DNA of 64,000 nucleotides from Desulfatiglandales bacterium. GTDB lineage: Bacteria; Desulfobacterota; DSM-4660; Desulfatiglandales; HGW-15. Shown piece after piece: positions 38,245-47,047 of this stretch. Below the pieces are notes generated by a model that searched no databases, had not been told where the DNA came from, and was given only the letters and a program-made list of their open reading frames with translations. The stretch covers positions 2,752,001 to 2,816,000 of the forward strand of contig CAXXJJ010000001.1 of the NCBI GenBank assembly GCA_963667015.2. The letters run 5' to 3'. The number at the start of each line of letters is the position of its first letter. Positions within the stretch are counted from its first letter, which is position 1. The position numbers were made by a program, and so were the translations under genes.

Positions 38245-39489
38245 TTAATATTGTCCAAACTCCTTTGTCGCTTCCACCCACACCTTAACAAGCTCTTTGT
38301 CACAATAATCCATGGCTGATCCGGCAGCCATTATAAATCCCCCGTTTTTACCTACAATCTCACACATCTTTTTTGTATGTTCCCGAACTTTTTCAGGTGT
38401 TCCTGCCTGGAGGAGTGAAACCGGAAAACCTCCTGTAATACACATTGTGTCACCAATTATTTCCTTGGCCTTGAACATATCGGTTTTTTCAAAAGATCCT
38501 CTCGTTTTTCCCTTTGGTAATTCCGCGAGATAGTGCAGCCTGTTATCCCAGACACCTTCATAGAATGGTGCGGGGATCAATCCGGCATCGATCATGTCAA
38601 GCAGCAACCCCTTGAATTGCGGCCAGTAAAAGGTCTCAAACTGTTTTATGGACATAAAACCGTCGGAACCCCTGTGAAGGGGCATCATTATAACATTACG
38701 TCCTGTCATCTCAGCGGAATGAATACATGATTTAAGTATTATTTTCCGGGCCTTTTCAATAGCTGCAAGAAGCTTGTCGGGCTGACGGTACATGTCCATC
38801 ATAGATCCTCTCATTGCCCGCAGTGTATCCCCTATGAAATCAAATGGAGCCGCCGCAATCCCGGCAAAGTCCATGCCTGAAGGAAAACCGAGATCAGCCA
38901 ACCGCTGTGCGTTTCTTATGGGCCGGTCTCCGGCCTCGAGCATTGATTCCGCTGCTGCAATCAGGGATTTTAATGCTGTCTGGACCTGCGGGGAGTTAAG
39001 TACTCCAATAGTAGGTAATGCCCCGTGACCCATTACTGCTGTGGCAAGGGGAGGAAGCATTGCCAGACCTTCAAGCTGACTGAAACCTCTTGGAAGAAAT
39101 TTACGTATAGCAAAATCACTGGGATCATCAATGAATTCATCATACTCATCTTCCTTCAGATACTCTCCTTCCTGAAACTGGAAGGGCTGATCCTCCGGCA
39201 GGCCGTGTCCGGGCCATTTTGTCATTCTGTCTCCAAGTATCCTGTTGACCTTACCGGGAATTGCTCCGCCTGAAATCCTGTCAGGCTGGAAATACAACGC
39301 GTATTCTTCAAGCAGTTCCTGTGTTTTATCCGGATTGCTCTCGAGTTCTGCATAGGATATCCCGCCAAGCCGCGCCAGCATGTATCCCAGACTTAGAATG
39401 ATTGGCACACGATCCGGTTGTTTTAAATCATAGGCGTCCTGTATCCTTTTTGCCCTTTCTGTTCTGAGTTCTTCGGGAGATTTTGCCAT
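38245..39489 (-). CDS. Uroporphyrinogen decarboxylase/MtaA-CmuA superfamily protein
   Basis: PDRVP, PLHRGSDGFMS, GTPEKVR, GGFIM; start placed at MAKSPEE after GGAGG. Confidence 0.88.
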   Translation of the reverse strand: MAKSPEELRTERAKRIQDAYDLKQPDRVPIILSLGYMLARLGGISYAELESNPDKTQELLEEYALYFQPDRISGGAIPGKVNRILGDRMTKWPGHGLPEDQPFQFQEGEYLKEDEYDEFIDDPSDFAIRKFLPRGFSQLEGLAMLPPLATAVMGHGALPTIGVLNSPQVQTALKSLIAAAESMLEAGDRPIRNAQRLADLGFPSGMDFAGIAAAPFDFIGDTLRAMRGSMMDMYRQPDKLLAAIEKARKIILKSCIHSAEMTGRNVIMMPLHRGSDGFMSIKQFETFYWPQFKGLLLDMIDAGLIPAPFYEGVWDNRLHYLAELPKGKTRGSFEKTDMFKAKEIIGDTMCITGGFPVSLLQAGTPEKVREHTKKMCEIVGKNGGFIMAAGSAMDYCDKELVKVWVEATKEFGQY

Positions 39490-39632
39490 TTGATGTCCCT
39501 CCTGTTGTATAAAGTATGTTCTTATGACAAAACTAAAATATAAATAAGGATATAGTATGTCAACAATATTGATCATTAGTGGATTCTATTATAAAGAGAT
39601 TGCTTATTCTACAGAGACAGGAGTCTAAAACC

Positions 39633-40862
39633 GTGGATCTTTTTCATGTCCTTGCCATAATAATAACTCTGACTGCCATATTCAGCTATGTTAATCATCG
39701 CTGTTTCAGGCTTCCTGTTACAATCGGTGTAATGACAATATCCCTTATCTTTTCTTTATTCCTCATTCTTTTAAACAGGTTAATTCCCGGACTTGACGAA
39801 AGCGCACAGTTACTGCTGGATAATATCAATTTTGATAAGACGCTTCTCCACGGAATGCTGAGCTTTTTACTCTTTGCAGGGGCTTTAAATGTAAATCTGC
39901 AGGACCTTGCAGAACGCAAATACAGCATAACTTCTCTTGCAACAGCAGGTACGCTTATTTCCGTCATTCTTGTGGGTGTAACCTCCTGGATTTTATTGAG
40001 GCTGTTTAACGTAAATCTTTCATTTCTTTATTGCCTGCTATTCGGGGCAATAATCTCACCAACTGATCCCATTGCTGTATTGAGCATACTTAAAACAGCC
40101 AATGCCCCGAAAAGTCTTGAGACAAAGATAACTGGAGAGTCTTTATTTAATGACGGCATTGGTGTTGTTTTATTTTTAGTTATACTTGAAATTGTATCAG
40201 GTACCCATCATTTAAGCACAGGGCACATCCTTTCATTGATTGCACAGGAAGCCGCAGGAGGAATTTTTACCGGCCTTGTGATGGGGTATATTGCATTTCT
40301 GATGCTTAAAAGTGTTGATAACTATCAGGTTGAGATTATGATCACACTTGCTCTCACCACCGGAGGCTATGCACTTGCTGATTTTTTACATATTTCCGGC
40401 CCAATAGCCATTGTTGTTGCAGGGCTCCTTGTAGGAAATCACGGCAGATTGCTTGCCATGTCGGAAAAGACAAGGCATCATCTGGATATATTCTGGGAAT
40501 TGATGGATGAGATCCTGAATGCTGTACTGTTTGTCATGATCGGTATGGAAATACTTGTTCTAACATTTAACCGCGAATACCTGCTGCTGTGTTTTATTAT
40601 AATCCCGGTTGTTCTCCTGGCACGCCTGATTTCAATATCAATACCCATAAAACTGCTTTCCCTGTTCCGAAGTTTTACCCCGGGAGTTATAAGGATAATG
40701 ACCTGGGGAGGGCTCCGTGGTGGCATATCCGTTGCCCTTGCCCTCTCTCTCCCTGCATCCCCGGAACGCCAGCTTATTCTTGCGTTGACATATAGTGTTG
40801 TACTTTTTTCAATCCTGGTTCAGGGCTTGACTATTGAGAAACTGGTTAGAAAAATTTGTTGA
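39633..40862 (+). CDS. CPA1 Na+/H+ antiporter (NhaP-like)
   Basis: SPTDPIAV, GESLFNDG, WGGLRGGI. Confidence 0.93.
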   Translation: MDLFHVLAIIITLTAIFSYVNHRCFRLPVTIGVMTISLIFSLFLILLNRLIPGLDESAQLLLDNINFDKTLLHGMLSFLLFAGALNVNLQDLAERKYSITSLATAGTLISVILVGVTSWILLRLFNVNLSFLYCLLFGAIISPTDPIAVLSILKTANAPKSLETKITGESLFNDGIGVVLFLVILEIVSGTHHLSTGHILSLIAQEAAGGIFTGLVMGYIAFLMLKSVDNYQVEIMITLALTTGGYALADFLHISGPIAIVVAGLLVGNHGRLLAMSEKTRHHLDIFWELMDEILNAVLFVMIGMEILVLTFNREYLLLCFIIIPVVLLARLISISIPIKLLSLFRSFTPGVIRIMTWGGLRGGISVALALSLPASPERQLILALTYSVVLFSILVQGLTIEKLVRKIC

Positions 40863-40903
40863 ATCCTTCTTTTATTTCAGAGATTGTTGATCACCTGTAT
40901 AAA

Positions 40904-42037
40904 CTAAAATCTCTCTATTAATTTATCGATAAGGAATGAACTCTCTCTCATTGCCTGTTCACTGAAAGGGCCGAACCACTCAGCTATTTCATTAAACTGT
41001 TTTTCAAATTCCTCCTTATCGCCTTTGTTCACAATTTCCATTGTTTCTGATATGGATGATAAAAACTCCTTCAGTATTTCACGTCTTTCCTGTGAGGCAA
41101 ATATTATTCCCGAATAGAGGGCAGGGGCCTGGGCAAAGAGACGTCCAACCATGCCCAGTTCAAGCCTGTATATGGGGCTTGAAAATTCCAGGGAACGAAA
41201 CAGATCAATATTCTTTCTGTAGAGAAATCTGCCGAATGTAAATGTGGCAAAGTGTCTGAGTGCCTGGACAACCGCCATAATCCTGTCATGCTCATCCTCA
41301 TCGGACTCAACTATTATTGCCCCCCAGTCTGAGAGCTGGTCAATAATCCATTTACATGCATCGTTATCTCTTCCCGGTGTATAGACAATTATCTGCTTAT
41401 CCATGGTAGATGTTGTTGGGCCGAACAGGGGGTGAATACCTATTACAGGACCGTTATATAAATCCATCATTGCCTTCATTGGGGCCGTTTTTATACTCGT
41501 GAGGTCAGCAAGAACAGCTTTAGCAGGAAGAAACGGGCTGATTTTTTTTATGACATCAACGGTTTTATTAATCGGTACACTTATAAGGGCCAGATCTACT
41601 TCTTTACATAAAGACTCAACATTATCCCAGTCCCTGCTTCCAAGTATCCTTGTATCATAACCTGATTTGTCGAACCATTCCGTAAAGTATTTTCCCATAC
41701 CGCCGGTTCCGCCGACAATGAGCACTGTTGCATCCGATCTGACACCCTTTACTGATTTTGATTCAGTCTGTTCAACACAGGACTGGTGTATTATTGTACG
41801 GAACAGTTCTTCAAGGTAATCCGGATCAAGGTTCTTTTCTTTACCCCTGTTCCTTCGTTTCGATATCATGTCTTCTTCTCTTGCCGGGCGACGCACAGGC
41901 ATGTTGTTCGCTTTCTTAAACGCAATGACTTTATCGACTTCCGATTGTCTTTCCGAGAGGAGGTCTATTATCTTTGAATCGATGAGGTCTATCCTGCTTC
42001 GTGATTCAAGCAGTTCATTATTTAATTGATTATCCAT
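40904..42037 (-). CDS. tyrA: Bifunctional chorismate mutase/prephenate dehydrogenase
   Basis: N-terminal CM (R.RIDLID, RE); VGGTGGMG, DLTSIK, HPLFGP, EHDRIMA.VQ.LRHF. Confidence 0.93.
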   Translation of the reverse strand: MDNQLNNELLESRSRIDLIDSKIIDLLSERQSEVDKVIAFKKANNMPVRRPAREEDMISKRRNRGKEKNLDPDYLEELFRTIIHQSCVEQTESKSVKGVRSDATVLIVGGTGGMGKYFTEWFDKSGYDTRILGSRDWDNVESLCKEVDLALISVPINKTVDVIKKISPFLPAKAVLADLTSIKTAPMKAMMDLYNGPVIGIHPLFGPTTSTMDKQIIVYTPGRDNDACKWIIDQLSDWGAIIVESDEDEHDRIMAVVQALRHFATFTFGRFLYRKNIDLFRSLEFSSPIYRLELGMVGRLFAQAPALYSGIIFASQERREILKEFLSSISETMEIVNKGDKEEFEKQFNEIAEWFGPFSEQAMRESSFLIDKLIERF

Positions 42038-42059
42038 GGTTTCCTCTTTTTTAAGACAA

Positions 42060-43133
42060 TTAAAAGCAATACCTTGTATTTTTTTCTGAATGCTGTTCAA
42101 GATAGTTGTATGTTGAAATTATTAAATCCTCTGTCATCTCCCAGGAAATACAGGCATCGGTTATTGATACACCGTATTTCAGATCTTCCGGGTTATCTCC
42201 AACGGGCTGATTTCCCTCGTGTATATTACTTTCCAGCATAAGCCCTGTTATAGAAGCATTCCCGTCAATTCGCTGGTTTATTACATCCTGCCATACCCTG
42301 GACTGCATACTGTAATTTTTTGAGGAGTTCCCGTGTGAGCAGTCAATAATCAAGGAATCCCGCAGGTTATTTTTTTTAAGGAGTGTGATTGTGTTACTGA
42401 CACTTACAGAATCATAGTTTGGGCGCATTCCTCCCCTTAAAACAACGTGTGTGTATGGATTTCCTTTTGTCTGTACAATACTGGTCCTTCCCATACTGTC
42501 GATGCCAATAAATTTTTGAGGGTATGCCGCTGCCTTCATTCCATTGACTGCAATCATTAGATCTCCATCAGTACCGTTTTTCAGACCAACGGGCATGGAG
42601 AGTCCGCTTACCATCTCTCTGTGTGTCTGGGATTCTGTTGTCCTTGCACCGATTGCACTCCATGATATCAGATCTGCAAAGTATTGAGGGCTTATAGTGT
42701 CCAGCATTTCAGTTGCCGCAGGAACACCGAGTTCGGTTATCTCAAGCAACAGTTGTCTTGCTGACCTCAGCCCTGATTCGATATTACATGAGCCGTCCAG
42801 GCATGGATCATTAATCAGGCCTTTCCACCCGATACTGGTTCGTGGTTTTTCAAAATATACCCTCATGACAATAAATAAACGGGACTCAACTTTCCTGCTC
42901 AGTATTTTTAATTTTTCCGCATACTCGACAGCGGATTTTTTATCGTGTATGGAGCAGGGCCCTGCAATCACGAGCAGACGTTTATCTTTTTTATCCAGGA
43001 TATCCCTGATTATTTTTCGTGAATAAGTGACAGTTTCCATGACCCGGTCAGAAAGGGGCAGTTCTCTTATCAGTGTATCAGGAGATACAACAGGGATGTA
43101 TGACTCAACATAAATATCGGTTATCTTTTCCAT
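42060..43133 (-). CDS. aroF: DAHP synthase, class I-alpha (probably the Tyr-linked isozyme)
   Basis: GPCSIHD, RVYFEKPRT..GWKG, IGARTTESQTHRE, IDCSHGNS, YGVSITDAC; adjacent to tyrA. Confidence 0.9.
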   Translation of the reverse strand: MEKITDIYVESYIPVVSPDTLIRELPLSDRVMETVTYSRKIIRDILDKKDKRLLVIAGPCSIHDKKSAVEYAEKLKILSRKVESRLFIVMRVYFEKPRTSIGWKGLINDPCLDGSCNIESGLRSARQLLLEITELGVPAATEMLDTISPQYFADLISWSAIGARTTESQTHREMVSGLSMPVGLKNGTDGDLMIAVNGMKAAAYPQKFIGIDSMGRTSIVQTKGNPYTHVVLRGGMRPNYDSVSVSNTITLLKKNNLRDSLIIDCSHGNSSKNYSMQSRVWQDVINQRIDGNASITGLMLESNIHEGNQPVGDNPEDLKYGVSITDACISWEMTEDLIISTYNYLEQHSEKNTRYCF

Positions 43134-43148
43134 TAAAAAATCCTCCAT

Positions 43149-43189
43149 AAAAATAAAAAAGCCGCAAGAAGGTTACTTCCTGCAGCTTT
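43149..43189 (-). terminator. Attenuator terminator hairpin upstream of aroF
   Basis: Minus strand GCTGCAGGAAG-TAAC-CTTCTTGCGGC followed by TTTTTTATTTTT. Confidence 0.9.
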
Positions 43190-43218
43190 ATAAATTGTCT
43201 GATTATATAAGGATGGAA

Positions 43219-43296
43219 TCAACTGGCTGCAGGCAGACTACAGGTGTAGTAATAATAGTAATAATACCTGTTTGTTCTGCCTGAAAAATTGCTCAT
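43219..43296 (-). CDS. Tyr-rich attenuator leader peptide MSNFSGRTNRYYYYYYYTCSLPAAS
   Basis: AGGA RBS, ATG at 43296, seven tandem TAT/TAC codons at 43246-43266, TGA at 43219-43221. Confidence 0.92.
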   Translation of the reverse strand: MSNFSGRTNRYYYYYYYTCSLPAAS

Positions 43297-43409
43297 TAAT
43301 TGGTTCCTGTATTTTTTATTTTAAATATGCAAAAAAGATTAGCATAAGATTTCTATTATTTGCAAGAAAAACATACTTATTTGATCTTTAAAATTTAGAG
43401 AGCACAGAT

Positions 43410-43437
43410 CCTGCAGCCTGATCAGAAAGGCTGCAGG
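43410..43437 (-). terminator. Hairpin after the UroD-like gene
   Basis: CCTGCAGCCT-N8-AGGCTGCAGG. Confidence 0.6.
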
Positions 43438-43457
43438 GGAAGATATTCTATTACGGA

Positions 43458-44786
43458 TTATTTGTGATAAATACCATATTCCTTTGCTGCTTCAAGCATT
43501 GCCCGGATATTTTCAAATTTTACATCATCGGATGCCGCGCCCGGTGAGAGGATATACCCTCCGCCTTTTCCTGCTGTTTCGATCAATGTCTTACATTGAG
43601 CCTTAACTTCATCCGGTGTTCCTGTTACCATCGTGGAAATCGGAATGTTCCCCATTATACATGCCGTGTCGCCCAGGATCTCCTTGGCTTTCTTGATGTC
43701 TGTCTGGTCAAAATGCCATATTACCGAGGCCCTGGGAAGGTCTTTTACTATTTCCAGTCTTGAATTGTAGCCACCTTCAGCAAACAGAACAGGCACAAGC
43801 CCTTCTTCCACGCAACCATCTACAACCCGTTTGAGATACGGCCAGTAATATTTCAGGAATTGCTTTTCGGACATGAAGCCGTCTGCTCCTCTATGGAGAG
43901 GCATGTATACTGTCGGTACTCCAGTCATATCCGCTGTTTCAACTATGGAACGAATAGCCTTTGGCATTTCCTTTTCCATATATTCAATCAGTTTTTCAGG
44001 CTGTCTGAACATATCATTTATGGTTCCTACTGTGCCTCTTAGTGCAGCACCTATTGTATCTATCGGCACTCCACCCCGGGCAAGCACATAATAGACCGGA
44101 AGGCCCATTTCCTTACCTGTACGTTCTACCTGCATGATTACCTTTCGCCATTCTATCTCCAGCTCTCCGGCCTTACTTAAGGTAGAAAAAACAGCCTGAA
44201 TCTCCGGGTCGGCAAATGCGCCAAATCCCGCACCGAAACCACCTATTGCATTAAGTGGCGGAAGTTTTTCAAGGGGTTTTGCTATTTCATATGCACGGGG
44301 AAGAAAGGTCCTGAGATGGAAGTCAGAAGGGTTGTCAATGTAGGTATCCCATTCGTTTGCCTTTAAAAATTCAAGCTCAACGTACTGTGGTGAAAAACTG
44401 TCATGCAGTCCCTGTCCTGCCCATTTATACATCCTGGGCCTTACCAGATCCCACAGGTAACCGCTCCTTACATTGGGAGCGGGGAATGCATCCTGTTCAA
44501 CCTCCTCCATATATTTTGTCCATGCCTTAATCAGTTTTTCCGGGTCATACATTACCTCTTTTGCCGTATAACCAGCATATCTTGCCGGGGCATGACCGCA
44601 ACCTGCAAGTGTCGGAACCCTGTCAGGATTATTTAGCTTTATGGCTTCAATGACTCTTGTAAGTCTTTCTTTGTAAAGCCTTTCTGCATCAGGATTAATA
44701 AAGTTGATACCCTCGGGGGAAAGCCAGCGTTTGAATCTTTCCTCCCTTTTTTCATCAGGAGTCAAATCAGACCATTTCTTATCCAT
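43458..44786 (-). CDS. Uroporphyrinogen decarboxylase/MtaA-CmuA superfamily protein (second paralog)
   Basis: PDRVP, PLHRGADGFMS, GTPDEV, GGYIL. Confidence 0.88.
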   Translation of the reverse strand: MDKKWSDLTPDEKREERFKRWLSPEGINFINPDAERLYKERLTRVIEAIKLNNPDRVPTLAGCGHAPARYAGYTAKEVMYDPEKLIKAWTKYMEEVEQDAFPAPNVRSGYLWDLVRPRMYKWAGQGLHDSFSPQYVELEFLKANEWDTYIDNPSDFHLRTFLPRAYEIAKPLEKLPPLNAIGGFGAGFGAFADPEIQAVFSTLSKAGELEIEWRKVIMQVERTGKEMGLPVYYVLARGGVPIDTIGAALRGTVGTINDMFRQPEKLIEYMEKEMPKAIRSIVETADMTGVPTVYMPLHRGADGFMSEKQFLKYYWPYLKRVVDGCVEEGLVPVLFAEGGYNSRLEIVKDLPRASVIWHFDQTDIKKAKEILGDTACIMGNIPISTMVTGTPDEVKAQCKTLIETAGKGGGYILSPGAASDDVKFENIRAMLEAAKEYGIYHK

Positions 44787-44977
44787 GTTTCATCCTCCTT
44801 ATCAATCTCGGTAACATAATTTCAAAAGGAACAGTAATTTTAAAAATACACAGTGAATCATTGAAACTCATTTTTTGTCAAGAAATAAACTGTATATATG
44901 AAATTTCCGGCGCTTGACATTTTTTAAATATTGATTAAAACATTATTGAGATAAATTTAAAGGTGAACTGAAATATC

Positions 44978-45385
44978 ATGCAGGAAATAAAGGAATTTGA
45001 CTTCTGGAACGACCATTCACGTAATTATCTTGAAATGGCCTATCGAACAGACAAGCAGGAAATAAAAAAGGAATATCCCTATACCGGGAAAAATATAGGA
45101 GACTGTGGCGACATTGTGGAGATGTATCTGGATATTGATGATAACAATATAATCAGTAACATCACATATAATGTAAAAGGGTGTATAAATACCAACGCCT
45201 GTGCAAACAGCATATGTTTTCTTCTTGAGGGTAAGAGTCTCGAAGCGGCCTGGGAGATTACCCCTGAGACTGTAATAGATTTTCTTGAGACATTGCCCCC
45301 TGCAAATTATCACTGCGCTGAGCTGGCTGTAGGGGCGTTATACAGGGCATTAGGTACAGTAAAACCAGATATTATGGGAAAATAG
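44978..45385 (+). CDS. NifU/IscU-like Fe-S scaffold domain protein
   Basis: GDCGD, GCINTNAC, HCAELA. Confidence 0.88.
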   Translation: MQEIKEFDFWNDHSRNYLEMAYRTDKQEIKKEYPYTGKNIGDCGDIVEMYLDIDDNNIISNITYNVKGCINTNACANSICFLLEGKSLEAAWEITPETVIDFLETLPPANYHCAELAVGALYRALGTVKPDIMGK

Positions 45386-45387
45386 CT

Positions 45388-45561
45388 ATGGATGCAGAAA
45401 AACAGGGTTCAGGGAGTGGTAAAAGGAAAAAAAAAGAGGGCGTATTCACGCGCCTGATTAACTGGATAGCAGCAGGAGCCGCAAAAATCCCAAATGGGGG
45501 AGGGCAGTGCTCCGCCTGAAACGTTAAACCTTATCGTCCGCCTGTAGGGCGGAAAAAATAA
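45388..45561 (+). CDS. Putative small selenoprotein (57 aa, CSAU); 43 aa if the UGA is a stop
   Basis: ATG 2 nt after the NifU stop; ...GQCSA-TGA(45517-45519)-NVKPYRPPVGRKK-TAA; hairpin at 45537-45553. Confidence 0.6.
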
Positions 45562-45589
45562 AAAGGGCCCCTTTAAAAGAGACCCTTTG
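45554..45589 (-). terminator. Thiolase terminator
   Basis: Minus strand AAAGGGTCTCTTTTAAAGGGGCCCTTTTTATTTTT. Confidence 0.75.
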
Positions 45590-45609
45590 AAATCTGAATA
45601 AAACGGTTA

Positions 45610-46893
45610 TTATGCCTGTTCAAGCACCATGGCAATTCCCTGACCGCCACCAATACACAGACTTCCAAGCCCAAGCGCATCACCGTTTCTTACCATCTGG
45701 CTTATCAGCGTAACCAGTAATCTCGCACCTGAGGCTCCAATCGGGTGGCCTATTGATATACCGCTTCCAAGCACATTTACTTTATCAGGATCGCAGTTCA
45801 GATCTCTCATACACCCGATTGCCTGTGAGGCAAATGCCTCATTAAGCTCAATTGTACCAAAATCATTGATGGTAAGATTATCCTTTGCCAAAATTTTTCT
45901 AACTGCGGGAACAGGACCCAGTCCCATATATGCCGGGTCGATACCTGCAAACGCATAGGATTTAATCTTAACGATTGGCTTTAATCCAAGTTCTTTTGCC
46001 TTGTCTGCTGACATTACAAGCATCGCGGCGGCGGCATCATTAATACCTGAGGCATTTCCTGCTGTAATAGTACCGTCTTTTTTAAATGCAGGTCTCAATT
46101 TTGCCATTTTTTCAACGCTGGTTTCCATTGGTCTTTCATCGGTATCAAAAACAATGGGATCGCCCTTTCTCTGGGGAATTACGACCGGGACTATCTCATC
46201 CCTGAAGAGACCCTCTGAAATTGCCTTGAGGGCCCTCTGATGGCTGAGTGCGCCGAGTTCATCCTGTTCCTGCCTGGAAATACCCATTTTTTCCGCAATG
46301 TTTTCTGCGGTTATACCCATGTGATAGCCATAAAAGATCTCAAAAAGACCGTCAAATACCATCAGGTCAACCATGTCCGCATTATTCATTCGTGCTCCCC
46401 ATCTGGCTGCCGGGATTGCATAGGGGATCATGCTCATGTTTTCCATACCACCGGCAAGAATAACCTCAGCATCACCTGCCTTGATAGCCTGGGCTGCAAG
46501 TGCAACAGCCTTCATACCTGAGGCACAAACCTTATTTACGGTCATTGCAGGTGTTTCTTTTGAAATACCTGCCTTGATCATTGCTTGGCGTGCTGTATTC
46601 TGTCCTTGGCCTGCTCCTACAACATTGCCCATAATTACTTCATCAATCTGTATGGGCTGTGCAGAATCATCATAATCGTAACCCTTTTTCTCAAGGTCGA
46701 TCATGCCGATGCCTTTAAGGGCATCTGGCTCAAAACTCAAAAGATTATCCGAGGCACAGGGCCTGAGATTAACCTTTTTTAATGCCTCTTTAAGAACTAT
46801 TGATCCGAGATCTACTACCGGAGTGGTCTTAAGTGTACCACCAAAACTACCTACTGCTGTTCTAACGCTGGAAACAATTACAACCTCTGTCAT
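45610..46893 (-). CDS. Acetyl-CoA acetyltransferase (thiolase)
   Basis: NKVCASG, NEAFA, GHPIGASG, SLCIGGGQG. Confidence 0.95.
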   Translation of the reverse strand: MTEVVIVSSVRTAVGSFGGTLKTTPVVDLGSIVLKEALKKVNLRPCASDNLLSFEPDALKGIGMIDLEKKGYDYDDSAQPIQIDEVIMGNVVGAGQGQNTARQAMIKAGISKETPAMTVNKVCASGMKAVALAAQAIKAGDAEVILAGGMENMSMIPYAIPAARWGARMNNADMVDLMVFDGLFEIFYGYHMGITAENIAEKMGISRQEQDELGALSHQRALKAISEGLFRDEIVPVVIPQRKGDPIVFDTDERPMETSVEKMAKLRPAFKKDGTITAGNASGINDAAAAMLVMSADKAKELGLKPIVKIKSYAFAGIDPAYMGLGPVPAVRKILAKDNLTINDFGTIELNEAFASQAIGCMRDLNCDPDKVNVLGSGISIGHPIGASGARLLVTLISQMVRNGDALGLGSLCIGGGQGIAMVLEQA

Positions 46894-46971
46894 TTGTGTA
46901 ATCTCCTTTTGCTGTTTTTAAAATTTCATCAGTATAGGTAATTCAAAATTTTGTGTCAATGGGAATAAAAA

Positions 46972-47047
46972 CGGTTAAAGGTACAAGGTTTACAGGTAGC
47001 CTGTATCTATTTTCAGCTGTATACCTCACACCTCATACCTTAAACCG
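46972..47047. repeat. Heptamer inverted repeat overlapping a stop codon
   Basis: GGTTAAA GGTACAA GGTTTAC / ATACCTC ACACCTC ATACCTT AAACC. Confidence 0.65.

Noticed and set aside
40855..40890. Cys-TGA at the end of the antiporter as Sec readthrough
   Set aside because: The protein is complete at this point, no convincing hairpin follows, and another TGA comes 9 codons later.
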